A stretch of 64,000 nt of DNA, taken from Actinomycetota bacterium. GTDB taxonomy: Bacteria; Actinomycetota; Acidimicrobiia; Acidimicrobiales; Ilumatobacteraceae. The notes under the pieces are model-generated. The model was not told the DNA's origin and searched no databases. It saw only the letters and a list, made by a program, of their open reading frames with translations. How positions within the stretch are numbered: position 1 is the stretch's first letter; each line of letters opens with the position of its first letter. The DNA lies in assembly GCA_031401235.1 (NCBI GenBank), contig JANNRJ010000004.1, positions 3,311-67,310 on the forward strand, given 5' to 3'. This document shows, piece by piece, positions 18,209 through 27,988 of this stretch. A program made the translations under genes and the position numbers.

Positions 18209-19335
18209 TGCGCCGCCTCAGCAATGACTTGAGCAATCGAGCAGTCTCGATGCAGAGCACCAAGTTCAAAGGCCCGCTCACCGACTTGAGCGAGTCGTTG
18301 AGGATGATCTAGGAGATCGGTTATGGCGTCAACCAAATGTGAAACACTCAGTTCAGATTCATCCAGCAAGACGGCACCACCTCGCCCAACAAGCCACTCG
18401 GCGTTCGTCTGCTGATGATTTTCTGCCGCCTGTTTCCATGGAACTAAAATCGACGGCACACCGACCGTGGCGATTTCTGCCACCGAACTTGCTCCGGCTC
18501 GCGAAACCACGAGATCGGCGGCCGCATACACGTCAACCATGTTTTCGCAATACGCCAGACGCTGGTAATTAATATGTTCTGTCGCTGATCCCAAATTGGG
18601 CATCTGTTCGCTGAAGTAGCGAACACCACTCAAATGCAAAATTGCCAGATCAGACCTATTCGCCCATAGTTCAACGATTTCACGAAGAACCGAATTCAGC
18701 ACCGCGGAGCCAAGTGAACCGCCCATCATCACGATCAGGCGTCGATCCTCGGCAACGTTTAACCGTGACCTAGCTTCGCTTCGCGACACCGTTCGGGTTA
18801 GGTGCCGTAGTGAGGCTCGCACCGGGGCCCCTGTGAGTCGTGCTCGGTTCAGTTTGCTGGGCATGTACGCCACAGCACTAGCTACCGCGTAGCGCGACTG
18901 GAGGCGAGTGGCTATTCCGGGTTGCCGATCATAGGAACATGTGACTACAGGAATACCCAGTTGATGGGCCGCGCGTGAAGCTGGAATGCTCGCATATCCC
19001 CCGACCGACACCACCACTTTGGGCTGCAATTTGACAAGCAATTCACGAGCCGATCGCACTGCTCGCCACATCATTGGCACCATCCGTGCGTTCCGTAATA
19101 ATGAACGCGGATTCAGACCACGCTGAAATCCGTCGACACGCAAAAACGTACACGAATATGGCGTATCGACCAACAGTTTTACTTCGACTCCTTGATCCGA
19201 GCCAATAAAATGTATTGACTGTGGTGCTTGACCAGATTCAATCAGCAATTCGGCAATTGCAAGCGCAGGCACAATGTGTCCGCTCGTTCCACCACCAGCA
19301 ATTACCGCAAAAATTGGAAATTGTCGCGAATTCAT
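18205..19335 (-). CDS. murG: undecaprenyldiphospho-muramoylpentapeptide beta-N-acetylglucosaminyltransferase
   Basis: 376 aa. GGGTSGH N-terminal motif. 4-nt overlap with murC. Confidence 0.93.
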   Translation of the reverse strand: MNSRQFPIFAVIAGGGTSGHIVPALAIAELLIESGQAPQSIHFIGSDQGVEVKLLVDTPYSCTFLRVDGFQRGLNPRSLLRNARMVPMMWRAVRSARELLVKLQPKVVVSVGGYASIPASRAAHQLGIPVVTCSYDRQPGIATRLQSRYAVASAVAYMPSKLNRARLTGAPVRASLRHLTRTVSRSEARSRLNVAEDRRLIVMMGGSLGSAVLNSVLREIVELWANRSDLAILHLSGVRYFSEQMPNLGSATEHINYQRLAYCENMVDVYAAADLVVSRAGASSVAEIATVGVPSILVPWKQAAENHQQTNAEWLVGRGGAVLLDESELSVSHLVDAITDLLDHPQRLAQVGERAFELGALHRDCSIAQVIAEAAQ

Positions 19336-19360
19336 TGAATAGGGTTTGTAGACATATCGC

Positions 19361-20575
19361 CTACTTCATGTTACGGGCAACATTAAGCAACAAACCAGCC
19401 GCGGCCATCGACATGAATAACGAACTCCCTCCATATGAGATGAGAGGAAGGGTCAGTCCAGTCACTGGCATCGCGCCAGTGACACCACCGATATTGATAA
19501 ATGCTTGAGTGCAAAACCACGTCGTTATACCACCGGCAAGAACTGCTCCGAATGGATCGCGCGCTCCGATTGCCGCTTGAATACCGAAGTAAGCCAAAAT
19601 CAGAAATCCACCAATGACTCCGAGAGCCCCGACAAGACCAAATTCCTCGGCAATAATGGCAAAAATAAAATCACTGTGAGCGAGAGGCACGTATCCCCAT
19701 TTGCCGGTTCCCTCGCCCGCACCGACCCCGATGATTCCACCGTTGGCAATACTCAAAATTGATTCCCATACTTGGTATCCGTAATGACCTTTGGTTCCCT
19801 TCAGATCCAAAAATGCAGTCCAACGATTACGTCGCGTTGCCGAAACCATCACCGCGCCGAGCCCCAATGTTCCCGAAAACAATGCGCTCGCCGCAATTAG
19901 ACGCAATGGCGCTCCAGCGATAAACAGCACTGAAAGAATGATCGCTGAAAATACAATTGCTCCACCAAGATCACCTTGCATTAGGCAAAGTCCGCCAGCG
20001 ATTCCCCACACGATGATCACAGGTATGAATGTTCTTTGTAGGTTTGTGATTTCTCCACGTCGGCGACCTAACAAATTGCAGCAATACAGCAACACAGCAA
20101 GTTTCAACACTTCGGATGGTTGAAAATTGATTGGTCCAATTGACACCCACGCCCGAGCGCCATTGATGCTTATACCTAGGCCAGGGACAAACGGGAGGAA
20201 CATCAATACGATCGCGAATATCAATACCGGAGTCACCCATCGTCTCCACATGTGATACGGCATCCGATATGTGGTGATCATCGCGAAGGCGCCGAACATC
20301 GCCCACGTTGTCTGCTTACGGAACATATTCCATGCCGATCCACCACGATTGATGGCCACTATCGACGACGATGACAACACCATAATTAGTCCAAACAGGA
20401 TCAACATTGATATTGCTGCGGTGATGCAATAAAAAGCACGAGTTGGCGCTTTTGTTGCCAACCGTCTTGACTCAGTGAAACCTTTCCGATCAAGCGTGGC
20501 ACGTCGCCGTTGTGCCGGCGTCAAAGACTTGTTGCTAATTGCTGTGGACATGACTGAATTCCTCTCCGAGTTCAC
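19361..20575 (-). CDS. ftsW: SEDS-family peptidoglycan polymerase FtsW
   Basis: 404 aa polytopic membrane protein with C-terminal SEDS motif GLTLPLISYGGSS. dcw position between murD and murG. The start could be the ATG at 20551. Confidence 0.85.
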   Translation of the reverse strand: MNSERNSVMSTAISNKSLTPAQRRRATLDRKGFTESRRLATKAPTRAFYCITAAISMLILFGLIMVLSSSSIVAINRGGSAWNMFRKQTTWAMFGAFAMITTYRMPYHMWRRWVTPVLIFAIVLMFLPFVPGLGISINGARAWVSIGPINFQPSEVLKLAVLLYCCNLLGRRRGEITNLQRTFIPVIIVWGIAGGLCLMQGDLGGAIVFSAIILSVLFIAGAPLRLIAASALFSGTLGLGAVMVSATRRNRWTAFLDLKGTKGHYGYQVWESILSIANGGIIGVGAGEGTGKWGYVPLAHSDFIFAIIAEEFGLVGALGVIGGFLILAYFGIQAAIGARDPFGAVLAGGITTWFCTQAFINIGGVTGAMPVTGLTLPLISYGGSSLFMSMAAAGLLLNVARNMK

Positions 20576-21926
20576 CGATCACGAGGTGCGAAAAATCGTC
20601 ACCGCGTTCGTTGTAATTTGAATACCAATCAAAACTTGTACAACCCGGTGATAGCAGCACGACATCGCCAGATTTGGCTAGTCGACGAGCTATGCGAATT
20701 GCCTCCAGCATCGAAGCCGCAGACTCCACTTCGCAAACTCCATCAAATGCACGTGCGATATCATCTGCCGACTGTCCAATCGCCACGACCGCCCGCATCC
20801 TTCGTGGCTGGCTAGCCATCGAGGACAAGTCCAAATTTTTATTTTTACCACCAGCAATCAGGACGATGCTGTTAAAAGATTTGAGGGCAACCTGTACAGC
20901 GTGCGGTGACGTTGCCTTGGAATCATCAAACCACCGCACTCCGTCTCGTTCGGCGACTAATTGAATTCGATGTGGCGCGTGCTCGAAGTCAGCCAATGCT
21001 TGGGCCACATGTTGTGGCTCGGCAAGTCCCGCTTCAATACATATTGCTGCAGCGGCGAGTGCATTGGTCACATCATGAGGAAGCGAACGCTTCATTTCAT
21101 TTGTTGACATGATCAAGCCATGTGGTGAAGTGAGATTTCCATCGATTGCGTTATAGTCACCTCGGTTGTCCCCAAAGGTCACCGTTCGAGCCGTTGCATC
21201 TCGGCCGATACCCAGAATCTCTTCGTCGCCGGCCGGAGCGACCGCCACATCGCCGGCGCGAGTGTATTGCCATATTTTGGCCTTCGCATTTCGATATGAG
21301 GCAAGATCGTTATGCCAATCCAAGTGATCAGGTGCAAAATTCAGCCACACCGACGCACGAACTCGAAATTGATCGGTATAAGCAAGGCGAAAACTGGAAC
21401 ACTCCACCGCAAACACCTGCGCTGGTGAATCGAGGGCCGCAATGAGCGGCGTTTCGGTATTCCCAACCGCCATGCTTCGATGTCCGGCCCTATTTAGAAT
21501 TGCGTCGGCCATCAAAGTTGTGGTCGTCTTGCCATCTGTGCCGGTGATTCCAACCATAGGTCGAGGTCCACCTTGTCGATTCTGTTCGATGCGATAGGCA
21601 ACTTCGATTTCCGACATCAGCGGAATTTGAAGTGCTCGTGATTCAGAAATAATTCGGTGTCGTTCTGGAACACCAGGGGCTGGAACGACGCGATTGACAC
21701 TTCGAAGCTGACGGTCTATCTCATTCACATCGGCTCCATCGATGAGCGTCATTCCAAGTTCGTCAGCCAATTCGTGATGCCGGTCGTTGATTGAGTCATC
21801 GGCTAGTACTACGCGCTCACCGCGCTTAACCAACGCTCGGGCAACGGCCTCACCAGCGATTGCCAGGCCATACACCATCGTTGATTTCGCATCAACTAAT
21901 GATTCATATGATCTAGTTGAGTTCAT
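20535..21926 (-). CDS. murD: UDP-N-acetylmuramoylalanine--D-glutamate ligase
   Basis: Mur ligase P-loop GTDGKTTT. The ATG at 21926 forms an ATGA overlap with the mraY stop. The track start at 22034 would run 108 nt into mraY. Confidence 0.9.
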   Translation of the reverse strand: MNSTRSYESLVDAKSTMVYGLAIAGEAVARALVKRGERVVLADDSINDRHHELADELGMTLIDGADVNEIDRQLRSVNRVVPAPGVPERHRIISESRALQIPLMSEIEVAYRIEQNRQGGPRPMVGITGTDGKTTTTLMADAILNRAGHRSMAVGNTETPLIAALDSPAQVFAVECSSFRLAYTDQFRVRASVWLNFAPDHLDWHNDLASYRNAKAKIWQYTRAGDVAVAPAGDEEILGIGRDATARTVTFGDNRGDYNAIDGNLTSPHGLIMSTNEMKRSLPHDVTNALAAAAICIEAGLAEPQHVAQALADFEHAPHRIQLVAERDGVRWFDDSKATSPHAVQVALKSFNSIVLIAGGKNKNLDLSSMASQPRRMRAVVAIGQSADDIARAFDGVCEVESAASMLEAIRIARRLAKSGDVVLLSPGCTSFDWYSNYNERGDDFSHLVIGELGEEFSHVHSN

Positions 21927-22972
21927 TTCAGTCGTACTTCCGCGGTGAAATCGGCGATGAATATTGCTATAGCGGTGGCCACGCAGATTCCTGAGATAAT
22001 CCAGAAGCGAATAATTACAGTGGTCTCTGGCCAACCACTAAGTTCGAAATGATGATGAATTGGCGACATTTTCAATAGCCGCTTCTTGCGACCGGTTGCC
22101 TTGAACACGCCCATTTGCACTGCGACTGATCCAGCCTCGAAAACGTTTATTCCGCAAATTATGGGCAACAAAAGATGGGTATTAGTAGTAACGGCCAACA
22201 TGCCCAGTGCGGCCCCTATTCCGAGTGCCCCAACATCGCCCATGATTATCCGCGCCGGGGCGGCATTCCACCACAAGAATCCGCCGCAGGCCCCGGCCAG
22301 GGCGGCAGACAATACGGCGAGATCAAGCGGATTGACGATGTCGTAGATTCTTGGATTACGAAAAGCCCAGTAGGCGATAATGGTGAAAGCTAGAAACCCA
22401 AATAGTGCGGAGCCGGCGGCCAATCCGTCCAAGCCGTCGGTGACATTTACCGCATTCGTAGTGCTCCATACCATCAAGGCAGTCCATAACACAAATAATG
22501 GGTGGGAAAGATTCCAACCTGGATATGTCGCCCGAGTGAAGGAGATTGTTTCGGAAACTCCCGTAGTCGAAACAAGCAACCACATCAGAAGCACTACGAC
22601 TCCAAATGTGATCCATCCCTTCTTCTTCCAGAAGATTCCGCGATTGTGTTGACGCTGAACCTTCAAGTAGTCATCTATGAAACCAATCGCTCCAAGGATG
22701 ATGACCGTCAGCCAAATGATCATTGCCTGATCAGAAAATGGAAGACCTGATCGAACATGAGCCACGGCCCAACCAAGAGCGCCAGCAGACAAAATGGCGA
22801 TGCCACCCATGGTGGGTGTCCCCTGTTTGTTCATATGCCATTCCGGACCGTGGTCTATCGCACCAAGAATTGGTTGACCCTTACCGAGGCGGCGAAAGTA
22901 ATGCATTAGCCCCTTCGTACCAGCGAGAGAGGCAAGCATGCCGATAGCCCCTGCCATCAGAATGGGAATCAT
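21923..22972 (-). CDS. mraY: phospho-N-acetylmuramoyl-pentapeptide transferase
   Basis: Polytopic membrane protein with motifs NAVNVTDGLDGLA and HHHFE. The ATG at 22972 forms an ATGA overlap with the murE stop. Confidence 0.95.
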   Translation of the reverse strand: MIPILMAGAIGMLASLAGTKGLMHYFRRLGKGQPILGAIDHGPEWHMNKQGTPTMGGIAILSAGALGWAVAHVRSGLPFSDQAMIIWLTVIILGAIGFIDDYLKVQRQHNRGIFWKKKGWITFGVVVLLMWLLVSTTGVSETISFTRATYPGWNLSHPLFVLWTALMVWSTTNAVNVTDGLDGLAAGSALFGFLAFTIIAYWAFRNPRIYDIVNPLDLAVLSAALAGACGGFLWWNAAPARIIMGDVGALGIGAALGMLAVTTNTHLLLPIICGINVFEAGSVAVQMGVFKATGRKKRLLKMSPIHHHFELSGWPETTVIIRFWIISGICVATAIAIFIADFTAEVRLK

Positions 22973-24402
22973 GATGCGGCCCGAAGCAAATTTTGAGCGA
23001 CTTCGACATCGCTGAACTGAATCACACACTCACCAATTGTTTGGGTTGTCTCATGACCCTTGCCGGCAATTACAACCACGTCACCAGATTTTGCCGCGCC
23101 GAACGCAATGCCGATCGCAGATCGCCGATCGCTTTCCACCGATAGCAAGCGCGCTGTTTGATCCGAGCTAATTCCAGCGATAATTTGAGCGATAATTGAT
23201 TCAGGATTTTCGGACCGAGGATTATCCGACGTCACCACGATCACATCGGCAAATACTGCGGCGGTGCGACCCATTTCTGGACGCTTGTCCCGATCTCGAT
23301 CTCCACCACAACCAAACACGACTATGACACGATTACTCCGCGCCACACTCCGCGCGGATTGGAGCACACGCTCCAGCGCATCAGGTGTGTGGGCATAGTC
23401 GACAATGACATCAAATTGTTGTCCCGCATTCACCGCTTCAAATCGGCCAGGCACCGTGCCCGCAGCAGCCAAACCCAAGGCAATGTCGTAAGGAGCGACA
23501 CCAAGTTTGGCAGCTGCGGTCGCGGCGGCAAGCGAATTCATGACATTAAATCGACCGCCGATAGACACGTTGATGCGTTGGTTTCTCCAAGTGAAGGCGT
23601 GGTGCGATACATCAAATTCGATATCCACGGCGTCACCTTCGCCAAAAGTCTCGGTTTCAATATCAATCGCATCCACGAGCAATTTGCCATGAACATCGTC
23701 GCGATTAATGATCCCAACATCGGTAAGTTGACTTCGGAATAACGATGCTTTGGCCGAAAAATATCGCTCGATTGTGCCATGAAAATCGAGGTGCTCGCGC
23801 GAAAGATTGGTGAAGATGGCGGCACGAAATCGAGTCCCCACCACTCGGTCTTGGGCCAGGGCGTGCGACGACACTTCCATCACGACGGCACGTTTGCCGG
23901 CCCGCAATTGTTCGGCGAATTTACGCTGCAGATCTGGTGCCTCAGGAGTGGTTCGTACACTCGACAAAGTTCCGACGACCTCAGTGTCCCAACCATGCTG
24001 GCGCAAAATAGCTGCCAGGAGATGCGCTGTTGTTGTTTTGCCATTTGTACCTGTGATGCCAATGACAAACAAATGATGACTTGGATCACCATAGAAAGAT
24101 GCCGAAAGCCACGCCATTGCCAGACGAACATCCTCCACTTGAATTTGTGGAACCGAGACGGGAACCTGGCGGCTCACAAGTAGGGCAACGGCCCCAGCCT
24201 GAACCGCTTCATAGGCAAATTCATGTCCATCGAAGTGTTCACCTTGCAGGCAACAGAAAAGCGTGCCGGGTTTGACGCCATTCGAGTCGTATGCAATGCC
24301 GGTAATTTCGACCGTCTGATCTCCGATAACTAGATCTGGAACGACTTTCGGCGTCGAAGCCAAAAGAGCTGCGAGTGAAACTGAAACCGAAACCGATGAC
24401 AT
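22969..24402 (-). CDS. murE: UDP-N-acetylmuramoyl-L-alanyl-D-glutamate--2,6-diaminopimelate ligase
   Basis: GITGTNGKTTT, EVSSHAL, FTNLSREHLDFHG, and the MurE-specific DNPR motif (TSDNPRSE). It is not MurF. Confidence 0.9.
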   Translation of the reverse strand: MSSVSVSVSLAALLASTPKVVPDLVIGDQTVEITGIAYDSNGVKPGTLFCCLQGEHFDGHEFAYEAVQAGAVALLVSRQVPVSVPQIQVEDVRLAMAWLSASFYGDPSHHLFVIGITGTNGKTTTAHLLAAILRQHGWDTEVVGTLSSVRTTPEAPDLQRKFAEQLRAGKRAVVMEVSSHALAQDRVVGTRFRAAIFTNLSREHLDFHGTIERYFSAKASLFRSQLTDVGIINRDDVHGKLLVDAIDIETETFGEGDAVDIEFDVSHHAFTWRNQRINVSIGGRFNVMNSLAAATAAAKLGVAPYDIALGLAAAGTVPGRFEAVNAGQQFDVIVDYAHTPDALERVLQSARSVARSNRVIVVFGCGGDRDRDKRPEMGRTAAVFADVIVVTSDNPRSENPESIIAQIIAGISSDQTARLLSVESDRRSAIGIAFGAAKSGDVVVIAGKGHETTQTIGECVIQFSDVEVAQNLLRAAS

Positions 24403-24405
24403 GGC

Positions 24406-26256
24406 TCAGTGTCCGGGTCCGAGTTCGGCAGGTCGCTCGACCGGGCAACCAAAGTCAGTTGCTGACGGGCGAATATCTAGTTCATTAATCAAAACGTGTG
24501 AAATGGTGGCAAATACCGGGGCCGCGGCAGTCGCACCAAAGCGGTCCTGAGTTGCTGGATCAGGTTCGTCAATTGACACCAACACAGTGAATTTCGGCTT
24601 GTCGGCCGGCAAGAAGCCGACAAATGAAGCGAAGTAGGCGCGAGTACCTGCATCGGTAATATATGTGCCGTTGTCTTGCAATTTGTATCCGGTTCCAGTT
24701 TTTCCGGCAACACTCATACCTTGAATCTTGGCCAATTTACCCGTGCCAAAACACACCACATCCGTTAACAGTGAGCGCATTGATTGTGCGGTTTCCGATG
24801 AAAGCACCCGATGCGATGCGGATGGTGGTGCTGGAGTATTGATGCCGCGTCCATCGATTTTGGCCGACAAAATTTTCGGCGCGACATAGACACCGTCATT
24901 GGCCACCACGTTGACTGCCGAAACAAGTTGCACCGCCGTTGCCGCGTATCCGTAGCCATACGCTCGCGTAATCTTTTCAGTACCTTGCAATTTTGTGGCC
25001 AGCTTTAATGCGCCTGGCGCTTCTGAAGGAAACCCCAATTCTGTTTTGGCGCCAAATCCGAATGCCTTCAAATAGTCGTAGAACGTTTGGGTTGTCATGG
25101 TTTGGGAGATGAGCGCCGCACCCAAATTCGATGAGTCAACAATGATCCGGCGCACGGTCATGTCTTCCAAAACATGTGGATAGGCATCGCTTATCGTGTA
25201 TTCCCACTGTGTGCCCTGATCGAATACTTGAATTCCTGGAACCTTAAATGTTGAGGCTGGAACGATTGTCCCCTCATTGAGTGCTGAGGCGACGCTGAAC
25301 ACCTTTGCAACCGAGCCCGGTTCATAAGCCTCGACTGCGGCGAAATTTCCCGAATCGCTCGAGTAGGTCCCATCCGCATTTCGACGAACACTAGTCATGG
25401 CATAAATTTCGCCAGTCGCGGAATCCATCACAATGGCTGTGCCGCTCTTTGCACCAATGCGTTCGATTTGTTGGGTGATTATCCCATCAACTTGAAACTG
25501 AATATTTCGATCAATTGTTGTCACTATGTCAATACCGCGAACAGCACTAATCCCGTTATCCGAGCCCGTCGAAATTGATTGGCCATCGCTATTTACTTCG
25601 CGGACACTCCGACCGTCAATCCCGGCCAATACTTCATCAAATTGTTTTTCCAGACCAGAGATACCGATTCCATCGACATCGGTGCGTCCAACTACCGCCC
25701 GTAATGTTTCGCTAGTCAATAGTCGGCTTGATTCAATGTACGACGAAATTCCCGGTAACTGAAGGGCCAGAATTGCATTGGCAACTTCTTGGGGAGATTG
25801 ACGTGCAACGTAGGTGAAACTGGATCCAGTTTTTTGCAATTCTGAAGCCAGAGCCATTTCCTTTTCAGGTGTGAGTTGTAGTAGTCCGGCCAAAGCATGA
25901 GCGGTTCCGACTGGGTCGGTTATCACTCGTGGATCGGCAAATATCGTTCGAGTTGGAACTGGCAGTGCCAATTCAAATCCTTGTCGATCCAAAATCGATC
26001 CCCGCTCGGCGCGAACAATGTTCACTCGAGTGCGCTGATCGATACTCGCTTGTTGATAACCACTCGCCCAAATTGTTTGCAGGAGTGTGACACGAAGTAG
26101 GACGAGCAAAAGCATGGCGGTAATGAAGCACCACATTGCGACAAGTCGGACTCGAATATTTCCACCCTGTAAGTTGGTGGTCATCGATTCGGTTGCTCGG
26201 CGAGCTTGCCCGCGAACTAATTCGCGGGCACGAATAGTCCTAATCGTCGAGTTCAT
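24406..26256 (-). CDS. ftsI: class B penicillin-binding protein, divisome transpeptidase (FtsI/PBP3-like)
   Basis: N-terminal TM anchor, SxxK (SVAK), SxN (SSN) and KTG (KTGTG) motifs. dcw position between ftsL and murE. Confidence 0.85.
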   Translation of the reverse strand: MNSTIRTIRARELVRGQARRATESMTTNLQGGNIRVRLVAMWCFITAMLLLVLLRVTLLQTIWASGYQQASIDQRTRVNIVRAERGSILDRQGFELALPVPTRTIFADPRVITDPVGTAHALAGLLQLTPEKEMALASELQKTGSSFTYVARQSPQEVANAILALQLPGISSYIESSRLLTSETLRAVVGRTDVDGIGISGLEKQFDEVLAGIDGRSVREVNSDGQSISTGSDNGISAVRGIDIVTTIDRNIQFQVDGIITQQIERIGAKSGTAIVMDSATGEIYAMTSVRRNADGTYSSDSGNFAAVEAYEPGSVAKVFSVASALNEGTIVPASTFKVPGIQVFDQGTQWEYTISDAYPHVLEDMTVRRIIVDSSNLGAALISQTMTTQTFYDYLKAFGFGAKTELGFPSEAPGALKLATKLQGTEKITRAYGYGYAATAVQLVSAVNVVANDGVYVAPKILSAKIDGRGINTPAPPSASHRVLSSETAQSMRSLLTDVVCFGTGKLAKIQGMSVAGKTGTGYKLQDNGTYITDAGTRAYFASFVGFLPADKPKFTVLVSIDEPDPATQDRFGATAAAPVFATISHVLINELDIRPSATDFGCPVERPAELGPGH

Positions 26257-26744
26257 GGTTGGACGACCGACACTTGGAACGAATTGATCAAGCCACCAGG
26301 CTGGATGTTTGACGTTGTCACAGGATTTGCAAATACAGAATCCATCATTCCCGTCGCCACCACCACTTCTGCCACAACGTCGGCCGGAATATCCATAAAG
26401 CGAGATCCAATTCCTTGGGACATTCCCATTAGTCGCGCTTTTTCCCGTAGATAATCAGGTGCCAATAAATCGGCGCGTTGCTGTCGAAGTTCGTCATAAT
26501 TGAGCCGGGCGAGACGAAGATCTGTGGTCACCTTGTCTAGTTTGAGTTGCTGTTCGGCGATAAAGGCCTGGAATCCGATGACAATGGCCATCATCGCAAA
26601 CACAGTCACCATGACGTACACGACATAGGAAATTGTTCGACGACTTTCTTGTGGAACAACCGTCAGATGACGCTCCTGACGCTCCGGCTGAACTCGAGTC
26701 GGTTGGCGATGTGGTGCACGCTCGGTGGCAACGGCTAAGGACAT
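26253..26744 (-). CDS. ftsL: FtsL-like cell division protein (single-pass, coiled coil)
   Basis: 163 aa with one TM helix (ISYVVYVMVTVFAMMAIVIGF) followed by a heptad-like segment. Called mainly from its position between rsmH and ftsI and the 4-nt overlap with ftsI. Confidence 0.55.
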   Translation of the reverse strand: MSLAVATERAPHRQPTRVQPERQERHLTVVPQESRRTISYVVYVMVTVFAMMAIVIGFQAFIAEQQLKLDKVTTDLRLARLNYDELRQQRADLLAPDYLREKARLMGMSQGIGSRFMDIPADVVAEVVVATGMMDSVFANPVTTSNIQPGGLINSFQVSVVQP

Positions 26745-26745
26745 T

Positions 26746-27735
26746 TCAACTGCCTGCCGTGATCTTGGGATTCAGTGACAGCGATGATTTCTCGATAACT
26801 CGCAATCGAGCCGATTTGGATCGTGGGTTGCGAGCAAGTTCAATTTCGCTGGGTGTCTCTCGCATGCGTACTCGGCGAACCCGTTTGTACGAGGATTGAC
26901 TTGGATGTGCAAATGGGGTGGCAATATTTTCCACCGTTGGATCCACTTCAGCTTCGTTAAATACCCGCTTTACGATGCGGTCTTCGCCGGAGTGGTATGT
27001 GAGTACGGCAATTCGTCCCCCCGCCGCTGTCGCCTCAATGGCGTCGTCTAGGGCACCTGGCAAAATTTCCAATTCGTTATTCACTTCGATACGAATGGCT
27101 TGGAACGTTCGCTTGGCAGGATGACCACCGGTTCGACGAGCCGGAGCCGGTATCGCCGCCGAGACAATTTCGGCTAATTCAGTTGTAGTTGATATTGGTC
27201 GATGAGCCACGATTGCTCGAGCGATTCGGAAAGCAAAACGTTCATCGGAATATTCCCGAATTACTCGGGTTAGGCGCTCCGTGTCGTAGCTATTCACAAC
27301 ATCAGCGGCGCTCAATTTCGCAGTGGTGTCCATACGCATGTCAAGTGGGCCTTCATGTCGATATGAAAATCCCCGCTCAGGCACATCAAATTGTGGCGAT
27401 GAAACTCCCAGGTCAAAGAGTGCCCCTGAAATTTCGGTGAGTTGCATCGCCTCCATAAATTGTGGAAGCTGGTCAAAGCATCCGTGATGCACGACGAGAC
27501 GATCGCCAATCTCCGGGTGTGAAGCGATGATCTTGGCGCAATTCGCAATCGCCAGAGGATCGCGATCGATTCCCAATACCCGCATCCATCCATATGTTTG
27601 AAGAAGTTTTAGTGAGTGCCCAGCACCCCCGAGAGTTGCATCGACGACAACTCCATGCGGTACACAAGCGAATACTTCCGCGATTTCATCTTCCATAACT
27701 GAACTATGTTCAAATTTCGAATTTGGGGACATCAT
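26746..27735 (-). CDS. rsmH: 16S rRNA (cytosine1402-N4)-methyltransferase
   Basis: 329 aa. HSSVMEDEI, DATLGGAGHS SAM motif, FDLGVSSPQFD. Confidence 0.95.
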   Translation of the reverse strand: MMSPNSKFEHSSVMEDEIAEVFACVPHGVVVDATLGGAGHSLKLLQTYGWMRVLGIDRDPLAIANCAKIIASHPEIGDRLVVHHGCFDQLPQFMEAMQLTEISGALFDLGVSSPQFDVPERGFSYRHEGPLDMRMDTTAKLSAADVVNSYDTERLTRVIREYSDERFAFRIARAIVAHRPISTTTELAEIVSAAIPAPARRTGGHPAKRTFQAIRIEVNNELEILPGALDDAIEATAAGGRIAVLTYHSGEDRIVKRVFNEAEVDPTVENIATPFAHPSQSSYKRVRRVRMRETPSEIELARNPRSKSARLRVIEKSSLSLNPKITAGS

Positions 27736-27785
27736 GAGAGTAGAGAAGTCTTCGCCTAGGCAATCCGACTTTGCGCATATTCGGC

Positions 27786-27906
27786 TTCACTCATCAGCAG
27801 TCCCCCGGCCTGCTGTGCCGCCGGGATTTCTCCCCGGATCGAGCGAATGGAAGCGGGCGGAGTTGGAGCTGTCCATTTGCTGACCGGGAGACTGCTGATG
27901 AGTGAA
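27786..27906 (-). promoter_or_regulatory. structured RNA element in the mraZ-rsmH spacer (candidate mraW-motif-like leader or RNase III site)
   Basis: The 23-nt arms 27786-27808 and 27884-27906 are reverse complements. The single mismatch is C/A on the plus strand but G-U on the minus-strand transcript. They enclose 75 nt containing the hairpin CCGGG-N7-CCCGG (27821-27837). Confidence 0.4.
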
Positions 27907-27988
27907 ACGCTGAATGCATCGAAATTGATTGCCTACAACGTTTTGCTTCTGGCCTCCTTTCGTTCTTCGCACCAAACGAAATTCGGCA

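Noticed and set aside
27786-27906. MITE-like interpretation of the 23-nt inverted repeats in the mraZ-rsmH spacer
   Set aside because: No target-site duplication flanks the arms (GGC on the left, ACG on the right). The mismatch pattern (G-U only on the sense RNA) favours an RNA structure. It is kept as an RNA finding instead.
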